Shown here piece after piece: positions 32,101 through 43,566 of a stretch of 64,000 bases of DNA. Location: assembly GCA_040285825.1 (NCBI GenBank), contig JAUPSS010000002.1, positions 2,852,001-2,916,000 of the forward strand, in the 5' to 3' direction. The stretch is from Eukaryota sp. TZLM1-RC. Its lineage: Eukaryota > Protista > Metamonada: BaSk clade. Below the pieces are notes generated by a model, which worked only from the letters and a program-made list of their open reading frames with translations, had not been told where the DNA came from and did not search any database. Numbering within the stretch: the first letter of the stretch is position 1; each line of letters starts with the position of its first letter. The position numbers and the translations under genes are program-made.

Positions 32101-34749
32101 GTCATTATTTCCATCAATTCTGATGTTTTTAGACCTGATGGATGTTTGATTGACGGAAGGCTATTTGAAATTGAGGTTAATGATTCTTTATTGTTATGTA
32201 AAAATGTTATTGTTTCTTCTTACACGGAATCTGTCAATATTTCATTGAAATATGGTGAAATTTTTGTTGGAAAACATGCAATTTTTGTTGAGCCGTTTTT
32301 TGAAGAACTTTGTTATGTTCATAATGACGTTTCATTACTGGGTCTCAATGACATCCAATCAACAACCTTGGACGGTCAGAAATCAATCAATCCACTTTTC
32401 AATCAAATCAGATGTTGTCTCGCAACTGTCGGTAATTGTTATATTTCACTAAATGAGGGGGACGTTTTCACCATTGATTTTGTTGAAGATTATGCCGTTA
32501 ATTCTATAATAATCACTACCAATTCGTCTTGCTCTGCTTCATTTCGCAATTCTCCTTTAAACTTTGTTAATATAAATAATAGTTCTAATGAGCTTTGGAA
32601 TTGCCAATCGATACCTAATGGATTTGATTTTGCTTTAATGTGCAGTTACAACACAGAAACTGTTTTACTTGACCAATTAACATTTTCGGTGCTGGAAAAT
32701 TTGCTTCTCTTTGAGGTTGAAATTTTTGGTTACAAGCTCAATAAGTGTTTGACTGCTGTTGAACCTTTTTTGGGAGTAACTGTTTCTAATCAACAGGTTT
32801 TTGTTGATGGTGAAATTATCTATCAGGGAGTTAGTTTTTCCCAATTTACTGAGGTAGTTCCAGTAATTCAAACCAATTTTGGTGATCAATTACTAATTGA
32901 TCCTATTGATGTCAATTTTGAGTTTATTTCAAGTGAATGTTACTATCCAGTTGCACCTCTTTCTTCCTTAGTTAAACCCTTGGAACCTTTTTACTTAGAG
33001 TTGGTAAATTCTCAGTTGGTTTTAGAGAATAATTTTTTGACTTTTTCTTTTGAATGCTTTGATTTCAATAGATTTAAGGTTCGTTGTGTTAATTTTTCCA
33101 ATAATTTTGATGTTATTCAAAGTTCCTTTGATATTCTTTCTCTGGAGTTTATTGATAATTTTGCTCCAAATACTGTGAGACTCACTGTGGGAGACGTTAA
33201 ACTTGGTAATAATTCGTTAGTCATACACTTTTATCAAAATTTGATTGATTTTAATGTCATAATTGTTCAAATTAATATGTCTTCATTAGTGATCAACTTG
33301 GTTGACACCGCTTTTTGTGATGTTTATAGTCTATTTCACAGCAGTTGCACTGTCTTTGGTCTTGAACCAGTGATCAATAATCAATTTGATCTGTTCAATT
33401 CTACTGAAAATTTGACACTTGAATATTTGTCAATTTCCATTGTTTCGACGTCATTCGCTCAAAATTTTCCAGAAATATCATTAATCAATTCAAGCTTCCT
33501 TCAAATTATTGCCCTTCCCAAAACTGAGATCATCATCAAATTTACCTTCAAATCAACATCGACAAATGTATTGATGACCACGAACGACTGTGATTCCACT
33601 AGAGTTAACCTGCATAACGAGTGTCATTGTAAGCCAGGAACAGTTCTTGCTTCTGTAGGGGAATGTGAACCTTGTCAATTGAATTATTACTTGGATAATC
33701 CTTTGTTAGGGGAGTGTATTGGTTGCCCAATAGGTAAAATCACTAAATCAATTGGGTCTTCAAATTTTAGTGAATGTATTTGTCCAAAATCTCAGTTTGA
33801 TGATGGAAAAAGTTGCGTTAAGTGCCCAAAATTCAGTACTTGTGAATATGGTGAATTAGCGACTGTTGCAAATGGTTACAAGTTTAACCTCGAAACAGGA
33901 TCAATATCGTGTCCTTATAGATATTCATGTAGAAATAACCAATGTCGATTTAATACAAAAGGAGTTGATTGTACTGAGTGTATTGAAGGGACCCAAAGGT
34001 TTGGCTTTGTCTGCTTTGAATACTCACTACTGAATTTAATAATTTCGTTTGCCACGTTGCTCATATTATCTTTTGGATTGGTTTCTAGCCACTCATACAT
34101 CCTTTTAACGAAACACAGAGTGAAAGTTGTTCTAACAAAGGTGCGACAGTCAAGACTTCCAACAAAAGCTGGTCGTAGAATTGCTCGGAATAAAGGACAT
34201 TTACTTTGTCCTTATAGAGCATTTCTGTCCATTTCGGTTATTTTTAATGGTAACTTCATTGGGTTTGGAGTTATGATTTCTTTCCCTACCACAGTTTTTG
34301 GTGGCAAACTCTCATATGGACAATTAATGTTTCAATTATTCATTTTTTTACTATTTCGTTTTTGTAAAAATTATTTACATCAATCCTCCAACTTTTCTAG
34401 CGGCTTTTTTTTATCTTTCTGCTTTTTTTCTGTTGTAACAGCACTTTTTGGTAATATTTTTGGCGGAAATGTCTTTTATTTTGAAAACTTAATTTTACTC
34501 ATTACTTCCATAGGCTATTTCTATTTATTTTATAAAAATCAGCGAAACTCTTGTGAATTTCACTCTGCTATTTCTTATTTAATTTTATTATTTGCATTGC
34601 ATCTTCCGAGTACCTACTATTTTTCTGTTCAATCTATTGTTTTTGTGGTATTGACAATCTATTCATGTAATCATAATTCTTATTGTTCAGCAATAGTAGC
34701 AGTATACTCGATTTATTTTTTATTGTTTCATGTTTTCTCATTTGGGTAA
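26194..34749 (+). CDS. Giant (2851 aa) cell-surface/receptor-like protein: signal peptide, RCC1 repeats, beta-helix-like region, IPT/TIG-like segments, Cys-rich repeats, multi-TM C-terminus
   Basis: N-terminal hydrophobic signal; RCC1 blades (SWGNNQNGELG, YTWGRGENGRLG, AWGNNHIGQLG); CCGTASVPC motif; CEPC..CIGCP..CICP..CVKCP repeats; several C-terminal hydrophobic helices; uninterrupted 8.5-kb ORF. Confidence 0.82.
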   Translation: MLSHLFIFLQLSCLFVLSEIQFQPSDPSQRFFSWDDDSIWSPRSPSRTSTVTINPTFSDTTITIPDDITLRSLYTEDVTLLIDTNHVQIEDTLSTSDTTITGITTEAAIAANSFELESATTLKDIKLVINSEAKLIEGDLFCTNSKIFLQHSSTLIMDTTSGSTEESILSWGDGGHGRTGTEDDTEHAPLSLVTTVTLDAIASGAEHSLGITRSGRLYSWGNNQNGELGVELGFEEQWDVPIEVDSIQNVVQISAGNGWSMARLVNGEVYTWGRGENGRLGLGDKQGRTEPELLEGILAKDVSAGHEHGLAVLINGTVVAWGNNHIGQLGIGKEGGEELSPVHVKGEFVASPQFVIGCIHFSLFICSHQYLYTTGQNNEGSDRGQLCLGEASPRQKPTLIYNYDKYNVIQASCGQGYTIFLDSEGHVYSCGRILARSGSWHSPGRITALSNVRSIIAGRHEAFALLDSNIVYSWTEFEDPSPFEDVNTRKMFGKYAHFFAFPILSPSITSSDSTSFLEIEGLLENRSELEFTIDINVLIYQNGVLFASNEGFLLSKSVKNEGSIRLNSGLEIDFQGDLLLNGGTIESDGDITFLQGNRISGFGVIESTLINYGSLVPLGKMEIQNDLSLREYSRLVFTNEFGDQNSLLIGGDLECEGVISIDYTFYELTEIRTFELINYQLKSGLFNSIIIACESFFIFELGSNDFTITIINEIIPDLNHISFISPSGTNEDCCGTASVPCLSLSKIIERMGYYGVVYFEKGEYNGVNFDVDLIDLNYTLIGNSGGSFTTISHYLNIEYTTLSFENFNLTIRNVGSFLNTLTSDISFINVDVLLENAELVAAFDSNISISNSDFTIINENQKKFLDLEFGELLIEHSSLRGGTGLIKSDFSNIKIEYSIFEDQFDVFSLSNSSLTVNEVYFEDFQQNLASSSAKTIIFSVDSTLFLYNLNFTNVNTTLIRATTTEIYLEHWKMKNSFTSLGLSCAESQLFVVDLIIGDCFFEHLITVLDSSFISLINASFFNVKTMSSLLNLFYSEWYAANISFVDSHLMTFLESKLSRIEIFNVSFVDSDLFGNFAIFDFSFAEFDSIEIGEFTCSTPFHPFITSSNSTIFVNDSFLTGCFYDNEFYFEFYATDSNVYLSNFPGKLAISGLYLTNSILNLNTNNPILIGFIESSNSSIAGNDKFLNLEFIDPILNQLPECAPTSGLNIIFSFKYAELIDSFGVINLSNSLFYSFDLSINRFAVLIEDVYTKNRTLDYLEITLDFPFLYKRFQTRLVLCPPYIEFPKQLQTSGGIFEVDGEHLGRDKLIFISDSIDLTCLNFQISHSRISLFVPAGFGCHDVTFNRGQDQITTFMTFCFEPPRIFDVIPSEFSLHSSISIVGQNFYNNSNYVSLFFNNVEIHYAISEIDHNSILVNILNYCNISVSPLEITVNLSNYYSNIFQLSTAFPIFNQGAVFLTPFDSHLTIDFENIISLNSLASCNNMDVESNVPINFTISNSATLTISFDIFGLDSFWFYLQFSDSLYRFFELTVIDFEAQPVDYMCIVDLECVIKICPSSSNSFISNYSPISDSFIEISNYYFNLTCMVVELISSQATQSDYLWLCTNSVCLSIQDLPVIIKLDSITPSLVQYRFKEDVIDFVLVGVYLAYYGLDYWKKSIYLDDSPLGNVQISATAVSFVSKFSTIGSKSLKYCGFYNSCTELFKVNCQDFLTIVPVFFNNSELIIHSSFTYSSLTILVGNELVSIEPGYNSFFLSTEFSVIAFENTVKSVFINLDLPQFLGLFSPLNFEINLDNVDVNFDLFSFTDCLAVFELYNTTAFISITGISIETCSVAMKLKYFESTLERIFTIQILNHPRIEFMGRNYFAIDEDMRFNVLVESDHECLEYQNFEANDLEFSLISSTALLSDSVCNHFFTFEVIIASLDFNFSILTRPLLWNSPQFQPQNVTALEFLDIELFSNSTVSVFQTRDVIISINSDVFRPDGCLIDGRLFEIEVNDSLLLCKNVIVSSYTESVNISLKYGEIFVGKHAIFVEPFFEELCYVHNDVSLLGLNDIQSTTLDGQKSINPLFNQIRCCLATVGNCYISLNEGDVFTIDFVEDYAVNSIIITTNSSCSASFRNSPLNFVNINNSSNELWNCQSIPNGFDFALMCSYNTETVLLDQLTFSVLENLLLFEVEIFGYKLNKCLTAVEPFLGVTVSNQQVFVDGEIIYQGVSFSQFTEVVPVIQTNFGDQLLIDPIDVNFEFISSECYYPVAPLSSLVKPLEPFYLELVNSQLVLENNFLTFSFECFDFNRFKVRCVNFSNNFDVIQSSFDILSLEFIDNFAPNTVRLTVGDVKLGNNSLVIHFYQNLIDFNVIIVQINMSSLVINLVDTAFCDVYSLFHSSCTVFGLEPVINNQFDLFNSTENLTLEYLSISIVSTSFAQNFPEISLINSSFLQIIALPKTEIIIKFTFKSTSTNVLMTTNDCDSTRVNLHNECHCKPGTVLASVGECEPCQLNYYLDNPLLGECIGCPIGKITKSIGSSNFSECICPKSQFDDGKSCVKCPKFSTCEYGELATVANGYKFNLETGSISCPYRYSCRNNQCRFNTKGVDCTECIEGTQRFGFVCFEYSLLNLIISFATLLILSFGLVSSHSYILLTKHRVKVVLTKVRQSRLPTKAGRRIARNKGHLLCPYRAFLSISVIFNGNFIGFGVMISFPTTVFGGKLSYGQLMFQLFIFLLFRFCKNYLHQSSNFSSGFFLSFCFFSVVTALFGNIFGGNVFYFENLILLITSIGYFYLFYKNQRNSCEFHSAISYLILLFALHLPSTYYFSVQSIVFVVLTIYSCNHNSYCSAIVAVYSIYFLLFHVFSFG

Positions 34750-35171
34750 ACCATTTAAATTGTACAAAAACATTTTGTTCTTTAAAACATTGTTCAATTG
34801 TATATTATAGTCTTTGGTGTTGATCATTTGATTTTGGTTTAATAATTAAGCTATTACTATGTTACAAGGCAACAGGAGGCTGTTTTCTCTATTTTTATTG
34901 TAAATATTTAGTCCATTATTATCCCTTTGATATCTTCTGCCCAGAAAATTAATTTATTAATACTTGGCATTCCATCACCCAACACAAACTCTTTCTCATT
35001 GGTTGTGTATGTGGTTCTCGAGCACCAGAAACATTGTAGTGATGAAAGAGCAGCAGAACAGCAGGCTTTTGAGTAATGCTTACAATTGAACTTTTTTTTG
35101 GTCTGCTATCAGTGATTTGGTACATTAATCTCCAAATTTCCATGTTTGACTCATAAGTATTTTTTGAAACA

Positions 35172-36850
35172 TTGATTTATTTATTGAATTTGCACACTTA
35201 ATTAAATTAACTCATAACTAATGGGACGACTATCATTGAACCAAGATTTCCTCTACAAAATCTTGATCTGCTTGCTGTCTAGCTAAAGCTTCTCTTATTC
35301 GATTGAAAAACCGTGGTAATCTATTAATAATGGCAAATTGAATCCGTGAACGCCATAAAAAAATATCAAATCTTTTCATTGTTTTTTCTTGAACCATTTT
35401 TTGGAAGTCATTCAAAGAAGTTTCTGCTTCAACTGATAATCTTCCATTTATCGAAAATGGGAAAGCAATAAAAACCAGCTGTCTATTTCTATCGACATTA
35501 GCCTCTTCAATATCTTTATCATATTTTCTATGTTTCTCTTTTGCTTTAAAATCCAGAGCAGTCACAGGATTAAGTTTTCTTCTGTGAACCAAAGTATCAT
35601 TTGCAACATTACATCAGACAAAGTCAACAATAGCTTCAGAGTTATCAATCCAATCACAGTATACATTACCTCTATCATCAGAACCAAAATTATTCAGAGA
35701 AAGTGTTTCCTTCAGCAGGGGCTCTTTGATACACCATATTCTTGCAGTTTGTGCCATATTGAAAACAGTGTCTCTATCAGCATCATGTAATGAAGAACGA
35801 TAAGTTATCAATTTAGAGCAATTTAGAGCAATTTAGAGCAATTTAGAACATGGCGCAAAGTGAGTTGAGGTGAATGCGAACAAATACATTTTTCGTTTGA
35901 TGATAATTGATTAATGGGGATATTCAAATCTAATCTCATTTTTGTTACAAATGCTTCATTAGTGGCACACAATCCAAATCTTTGTGGTACAATGGTTACA
36001 AAAAGTGAAGAATCTGACGACTTGTTTTCACAAACACCCTTTTCCAATAACAATGAGTGAAGATCTTGATTTAAAACAGCCGAGCTGCATATATTATTAT
36101 AAAGATCTTTTTCATACATTCCAGTCAATCGTTTCTGTAGTGTTCGAAGAGTGTACTTCAAATTTAAAACATTATTTTCTGGAATATTGCCACTGAATGA
36201 TTGGGGAAAACATCGACCCCATTTTTCTACATCAATTTTTGAAATTTCTTCATTTAATGCAAAAACAGTGGAACTTTGCGTTGTCATCAATAAATCTTCC
36301 CAATCTGCAAATCTTTCGGAAAACTTAAAGATTGCATTTCTGCATCCACCAACAAAAGCACAGGAGGTAAGAATAGAAGCCTTCGTCCACCCTAAACCGC
36401 CATAATGTGGACTAAGGTAAGCATGGTCTGGATTTTGGAACATTTTACATCCCAGTAATTGAGACAGAACTTTTGCACGTAATTCATTAAACTTCTGAGC
36501 CAAAGGTCTAGTGACGAGAGGATTTGTAGATCGGAATATATGATTGAAATTGGAACCAAAACACAGTGTTATAATGGTAAATTTGATGTGTTTTTGTATA
36601 TCTAAATTTATCATTCGGTCAATTTGTCGGAAATTGAGTTCAACTTTTCAAACAATTTTTTGGTAATTTCATCATTATTTCCTAAAAACGAACCCAAATG
36701 ACGAATAGCATCAATTGAATATAATTTGGCTTGAATTTCAATACCATCAACTATTGTGGAAACTGGAGAATTCGATAACAAAACACATTTAAGTAAATTA
36801 AGTCGGAGACCAATTTTGGCAATTTTATAATTCTTTAAAACATACAGTTG
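35172..36850 (-). mobile_element. Longest family A CRE-like copy (RT C-terminal part + Zn/REL), decayed
   Basis: ORFs 36611-36865 (GLRLNLLKC, RHLGS), 35823-36614 (GGLG), 35614-35811 and 35233-35592; 12-bp TSD TTTTTTGAAACA (35160-35171 / 36851-36862). Confidence 0.88.
35811..35850. repeat. 4x 10-bp tandem ATTTAGAGCA expansion inside the retroelement
   Basis: The copies at 16945 and 20731 carry 2 units; this copy has 4, which causes a frameshift. Confidence 0.85.
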
Positions 36851-36923
36851 TTTTTTGAAACACAATACAATGCGGAAGAAGAAATAAATTTATATACAGT
36901 AAAACTAAAAACTCTAGATACAA

Positions 36924-39798
36924 TTACAAAATACAATTTGGACAAGGCAAGTTAATTTTAAAAGAATTTGAATTCTGAAATGCATAACTTTCGGAAATAA
37001 TTCTGGCCATTTCAGTATTATTACTTGCCATTAATTTATGCTCAATTTGGTCAATATCAATCCTTGAAAGTGAATGTGAGCAAGTAAAAACATAAACATA
37101 ATCAAATTTAAACGTGTGTGAGTTTGTTCTAAAGTTGGGTCTGAAAGTAAGTTTTTTGAGGGAAACATTGACAGGCACAAGATTATTTAAAAGTATTTGT
37201 TTCTGGTTATTGAGTAACAAAGACTTGCAAAACAAAAGAAAATCAACTGAAAAAGGAAAATCTTCATAATATTCCAATAAATGTTTAAAAAAAGGTACAA
37301 GCTCTTCTTTTTTTCTTTTTTCAATCAACTCTTCAACTTGTTTTTGCTCTTGTTCTGCTAATTTATTATAAAATTCAACAAAAAGCTTCAAGTAATCTAT
37401 AATAATAACTCTCAAAAACATTAAAACTATTTAAACAATTGAAAAACTCTTCAATTATTCTTTCTATACTTCCACCAACCAGCAATAAATAAATAAAGGA
37501 TTGATGGTCCAAATTGAAATGTTTTGATAATTCAAATATGATGTGAAATCTTTCAAAATCAAATAAAGTCGAAAAACAGTGAAAAATTCTACAATTTTCA
37601 AAAAGGGAAACTTCGGGAGTTTGATTGGATTTGATTAATGAACTTATTAAATGTGATTCATGAAGATGAGCTGGCATGATTGCCTGGTTTGATTGATTGG
37701 CTGATTGGGGATCAAAAACAGCAACTGATTGAGCTCTTGCTCTTCTAAAAACGGAAACGGAAAGTGATGATGTGATGGAAGTCAACTCAGTCAATTTTGA
37801 TTGAAGGGCATTTGATAAAAAGGGAATAAAAGATGGCAATTGCTGAATTCTTTTTAATAAAAGATTTTTCATAATATAATAACTAATTAAATTATTTGAG
37901 TTTAAACAGTGAGTTTGATTAAAAAATTCATAAATTTCAGACTGAATGGGTAATTCAACTGGATAATTATCAAGAATGAATTGGGAAAACAAGCAAGATT
38001 TCGCAATTCTCAAAAGGAAAAGCCGAATTTTTTCATATTTTGGTGGTAATGAGTCAATTTTGAGTGACATTACCGAAGCTAATAATGAAAGAGTTTCAGA
38101 AGTAAACGGCAAATATTTCAATTTTGAGCTCTTATTTTGATCTTGATCCTTAAAAATGTTAATTAAACAGCAAAGGATCAGTAAGCTCGAAAACTGAGTT
38201 TCAGATAGATTTTCAGAACTAACAAATTCAAATTCGTGGCAAGAAATGAATGCAAAAGCAACATTAAATGCTGAAAAATCAAAAATTAAACCTTCCAAAA
38301 ATGAAATCAGATCAGTTCTTTTTGATTTAAAGAAGTAATCAACAGATTCCATCAAAAGATCATTAATCTTATTGATTGATTGGTCTGATTGCAACAAGTT
38401 TCTCGCCTTACCAATCAAATTCTGGCTGATTTGATAGCAAATCTCTTGAAACTCGACCGAAAATCTAATATCACTCAATAAATCGACAAATTGAAAATTT
38501 TTGTTCCTCAATTGAGCTTCAAACCATCCTCTTTTGTTGCTAATTTCTGAAAGTAAATAAATACCAGTAGAAGTCCAAAAATAAACACCAAAATCTCCTA
38601 AAACTGACAATTTAGTTTTCTTTTTTCTTGCTAAAAAATATCCGCGGACATAAACATTGGAAGGGAAACTGATTGAGAATAGTTGACTGTCAACGTCATG
38701 TGATTGATCGGCAGACGTGTAATTTTGAGCGTTCTTCATTGCTTTGGTCAATGAAAGTCCTGTGATTATTGATCTGTTTCCAGAAATAGAAACAATTAAG
38801 ACTGCAAAAGCCAAAGGAATTACAAAAGTTGGTTCAGTTACGTCTGATAACAAGAAAGAATTGAAGGGACTACTCTTATACAAATCAAAAGATTCGCAAA
38901 TTAATCTTTTTTGGGATGAAAAGGGAATTTTTACAGACTTAATTGTGATAAATGAATCAGTATTTGACCCATAGTTACTTTTGATCAACCGACAGAAAAA
39001 ATGATTGGATAAATGACTGACAATCGAGGGGGGGTTGATTGATGTCATCAACTGTCCTCTTTGAGGGTCAATTTGAGAAGCACCAATCACGTTTGATTGA
39101 CTATCATTTTGATTGGATTGATTACTAGCGGTTAATTTTAAAGCAAAAGTATTCTGACGATCTTCAACTTCAACTTGAAACATAAAGACTAGGCAATCAT
39201 CACGTGATATGATTGACCCAGACAGAAACTCTGAAAATTTGACTGAAAAAGGAACTGAAATGACAGACCCGATTACCGTATTAATGATCCAAAATTGTGA
39301 AATATTTGGCAATGGAAAAACAATTAAATGCAAATGGCCAAGACAGTCGTGAAAACAACTAGAGAAAGCAATCCTAGTTGTACTTTTGACCTTGGATAGG
39401 GAAGTAGCAGTGGCCTTGAAAGCACCCCAATGGAGAGGGGTGAAGAGGGTAGAAGGTGGGGACGGTACAGAGACTGTGGATGGAGAGAAACATGGAAGGG
39501 GAAATGAAAAACATTCAAAAGATTCTGTGATGATACAAGCGGTTGTACCATCGGGAGTAATGGATAGGCCGGAGGGTGTACATAGACGGGAGCAAGGACC
39601 AGGGAGGTAGCGTACTGATAGGGGAGAATCTGAAGTTGAAAAGGAAAGCAGAATAGATGTATCGGATAGAGCATACACTGAGATGAGGGTGTTTTCATAA
39701 GAAGAACAAGCTGACACGAGGATGAAAGAAGGCTTTTGGGAAGGTGGAAGGGAGCTAGAGAGGTCTAGCAGATGATCCAATTGGAAGAACCCGTCCAT
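36924..39798 (-). CDS. ~947-aa protein with beta-rich N-terminus, helical body and degenerate C-terminal RING (HOPS/CORVET/BLOC-like architecture); probable intron 37397-37427
   Basis: Two overlapping ORFs (807 aa + 165 aa) join in frame after removing the 31-nt GTTTTAATG...TTATAG; a 40-nt alternative from 37436 also works. C-terminal VFTCSH...CPNC. Confidence 0.55.
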
Positions 39799-39829
39799 CG
39801 ATTGTATGATTGAGGAGTTTGCAAGATGT

Positions 39830-40720
39830 CTATGTTGAAAGAATGTGAAACAAGGTGTACCCTGTTATGGATGACTACAATATTATTGAACCGACCACAC
39901 AAACTTTTCCTGAATAGCATATTGTTCCTTACATATATGATATTGCCATTATCGGTTTATTGGAAAGCATTTGTTAAATTTCTCAAGGTATTGTCAACAA
40001 ATGGAAAGCATTTGGATTGGCTCTGAACCCATATAAATGTCTCTTGGTAGAAAAAAACAATCTTTGACGATAAACGGTGTAGACATTCCATTCATTAATA
40101 GTGACCAACAAGTGTTTAAATATCATGGGTATTGACCTTCGGGTAAAAATCTTTTCTTCCCTGAGTCTATGATTCGAAATAATTTATTTTGTTCTGCTGA
40201 TATGTGGGAAATTCATTTAACACAATGATGCATTTTGTGTAAAGCAGCAATTTTAGTTGGAAAAATTGTGTTTTGGAATTATCTCAAAGGTTTCATTATT
40301 ACCATCATTACTGAGGTGAGATCCGTTGATGTATGTAATCATTGTTTTAGACCGTTAGCTCAATCAAAATATAAGGAACCCTTATCTATTGCCAAAAAAA
40401 CCAAAATTGATAAATATAAACCAAATTTGCTATCCTTGAATACCGAATCGCATACTCCTTATGTCCATTGTCCATGTGCGTTCTCTGTTCATGGCTAGCT
40501 TGGACCACTTTCGTAATCTTTCTTGGATGATTTTGTTGAAATTGTGAAACAACGTACAGGAAGAATGTTTTGGCAAAACGTTTTGGCAGAACAGAACAGG
40601 TCCTTTTTATGAAGGAAAAACTTCCAGTCAATTCTTTTTGGCTGATTTGGGGTATTAAGGTTTAAATACTGAAGTTTTTTGTTTAGTTTTTCGTTGAAAG
40701 AAATCAATGAATTAAATAAA
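39830..40720 (+). mobile_element. Highly decayed CRE-like retroelement remnants
   Basis: Broken frames giving ..VRSVDVCN..K..KY...PCAFSVHG.LGP...FLDDFVEIVKQRTGR..FWQN, similar to the REL domains of families B and C. Confidence 0.55.
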
Positions 40721-40857
40721 AAAGAGTTTCCTGATGATGTTCACCCAATCAATAGTGAATCTAATTTTTACTTAAATCAACTACAATCAAAATTAGATAA
40801 ATTGCTTAGCGATATATGGAGTCACTGATTTCCTCAAAACATTTACGAAACTAAGAA

Positions 40858-41503
40858 ATATATTTATTGAACATGCACACTTAATTAAATTAATTCATAA
40901 CTAATGGGACGACTATCACTGAACCAAGATTTCCTCTACAAAATCTTGATCTGCTTACTGTCTAGCTAAAGCTTCTCTTATTCGATTAAAAAACCGTGGT
41001 AATCCATTAATAATGGAAAATTGAATCCGTGAACGTTATAAAAAAATATCAAATCTTTTCATTGTTTTTTCTTGCACCATTTTTTGGAAGTCATTCAAAA
41101 AAGTTTCTGCTTCAACTGATAATCTTCCATTTATCGAAAATGGGAAAGCAATAAAAACTAACTGTGTATTTCTATCAGCATTAGCCTCTTCAATATCTTT
41201 ATCATATTTTCTATGTTTCTCTTTTGCTTTATAATCAAGAGCACTCACAGGATTAAGTTTTCTTTTGTGAACCAAAGTATCATTTGCAACATAACATGAG
41301 ACAAAGTCAACAATAGCATCAGAATTATCAATCCAATCACAGTATACATCACCTCTATCATCAGAACCAAAATTATTCAGAGAAAGTGTTTCCTTCAGCA
41401 GGGGCTCTTTGATACACGATATTCTTGCAGTTTGTGCCATATGAAAACAGTGTCTCTAACATCATCATGTAATGAAGAACGATAAGTTATCAATTTAGAA
41501 CAA
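40858..41503 (-). mobile_element. 5'-truncated CRE-like family A copy with a premature stop
   Basis: ORF 41036-41440 and 3' UTR near-identical to other family A copies; TSD not clear. Confidence 0.85.
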
Positions 41504-41769
41504 TGCGGAAACTCAAAATTAATCATCTCCCATTTTACGTTTTTGTTTGAGAAAGCTACAGCAACATACTTTACTTCTAAATGCTATTAAATGTTCACAG
41601 TTCAAAAGATGAAAAAACAGAAGAGGTTTTCCACATTTACAAGTTAAATGATTTGGCAAATAGTTTGGCCACAAAAAAACAACAAAAACGCATGATCAAA
41701 AACCATTCATTGTCAAGAGTCTTACTTCATGATCCAAGCTTTCATACAAAACAACTAGATCACACTAAT

Positions 41770-42215
41770 TTCATAGGCCAAATTTTTGTCATGTGGAAAT
41801 CATATCGAGTAGGTTACTGTTTAGGGACATTGTTATCAAAATTTATCATCGAAGACCCCAACATTGATAGTACCCATTACAAAAGAGTTTCTTTGGGTCT
41901 TACATGAGCTGATGTGGATGTTCCTCGCTTAGATAGAACCTGTACTATACTGAAATGCTATGTCTATTGACCCTTCTCATTTTTTAAATCGACATTTGAT
42001 TAATTCTGATGTCAATAGCCCTCTTCTTGTTTGGGAATAAAATTAAATTAATTAAATGCGCGAAACCTATTTCTTCTGTCAATGAAAAATCTCATGCCCA
42101 ATATAATATCTGTTCCTTTGATAATTCTTTGTGTGGTTCCTTAGGTAAGGATGCTTTGGTATTTCTTGAAGGTTTCATTGTAGTTTTAAAGAAAGGGATT
42201 GGGAGAATTATCTCA
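41770..42215 (+). mobile_element. Decayed family B CRE-like fragment
   Basis: Nucleotide and peptide similarity to 13400-13830 (KSYRV..LLSK.I..DP.IDS, NE.SHAQYN.CS, GSLGK). Confidence 0.65.
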
Positions 42216-43525
42216 AGAACTCTATTCTTGACTCCTAATTCTTGATTAACTACTCTTTTATCAATTTTTTCTGAGCAAAATTTAAATTACAATTACAATT
42301 ATTTTTGATCCCTGAAATAATATTATTGCTAAAAGCATGTGAGTTGCTGAACAAAGAAAAGACTTTTCAATTAATCAAATCAATTAACCCAACAGTGTGT
42401 ACCCAACACCAAATCCATGCATGGGACACCCCTCCCACTGGAAATAGTTGGTTGGTTGACGTGCTACACAGTACATTTACGTAACTATAAAATGTTTAAT
42501 CCATCATAAATATGAATTAGAATTGGAATGATGAATGAAGAATTATGAAAGAATTGTTAAAATGTAGCATTTCCTCTCGAACGAAAAGCATAAAATTGTT
42601 CACAAGAACATTACATTATCGTTAGTGTTATTATTGAAAACTCAAAGTGTTCTAAATTGTTCAATGTAATCTATTGATACAGAAAATAATGCTACCTTTA
42701 TCTCTGCAATTTGTTTGAATAATTGGCACCTATTCTGACCAGTCAACTACGGTGTTGTACAGAACATGTCTATCTCCCAATAAAGAGAAAATACTAAAAT
42801 CATAAATTCTCAAACTTCAATACAAAACTGTTGGTTTTCAATGGGATTTTGCAAACACAACTTGTAGAATATGGTCTTAGAAGAAGGAAATACTTCAACA
42901 TCAAGAAGCTCCACCTTGAGCCTATTTCAAACTGTACTGCTTATAAAACAACACGAATCCTTGAAAATCAGTTTAGAAAATCCATAAAACTTACTATTGG
43001 TACAGCCCACATTTACAACTTGTAAAAATAATTGTTAAAGGTTGAGATTATGACTGTGATAATAAAACCATATTTTATTATTTTAAATACGAAATTCTTT
43101 AAACATTTGAATACAAATAAACTTTTGCCTTCAATGGGACTAAGTATAATTTCACGGAAACAGATGTCATTTTGGTCACCTTTATCACCACACTAGCCCT
43201 TTAGCTTCGGACACCAATTGAAAATTTTGAAATTTAAATTTAATTATAGGTTTATATAGATTTATAGGTTTTAATAAAATTAATAAAACAAAAAAATTTA
43301 AATTGTTGGAAGGTACCAAAAATATCACCAGTTACATTTAGAAAATGAATTAAACTGATATAGTCACAATTGTTACTTTACCTAAATCCAAAACCAAGAT
43401 AATGGAATTTAAAGTCTAAAGTCAAACATAAGTGAGCGAATATAATAAACGACACGAATTTTTTTATGAAAAAACTAAAAAAATAACTTAATAAAAACTT
43501 TGTAAAATTCTATAATACAAAGAAT

Positions 43526-43566
43526 AATCAAACTCTCAATCAAACCCCCAATCAAACCCCCAATCA
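43526..43566. repeat. 3x 12-bp tandem AATCAAAC(C/T)C(C/T)C at the HMGR stop/3' UTR
   Basis: AATCAAACTCTC AATCAAACCCCC AATCAAACCCCC AATCA. Confidence 0.7.

Noticed and set aside
35811-35850. Short tandem repeats (also 43526-43566 and 47170-47208) as CRISPR-like or telomeric arrays
   Set aside because: No spacers and only 3-4 units; they are slippage expansions inside a TE or UTR.
43160-43330. Degenerate MITE with ATTTTGGT(C)ACCTT inverted repeat
   Set aside because: The inverted match is short and imperfect, and no TSD could be identified.
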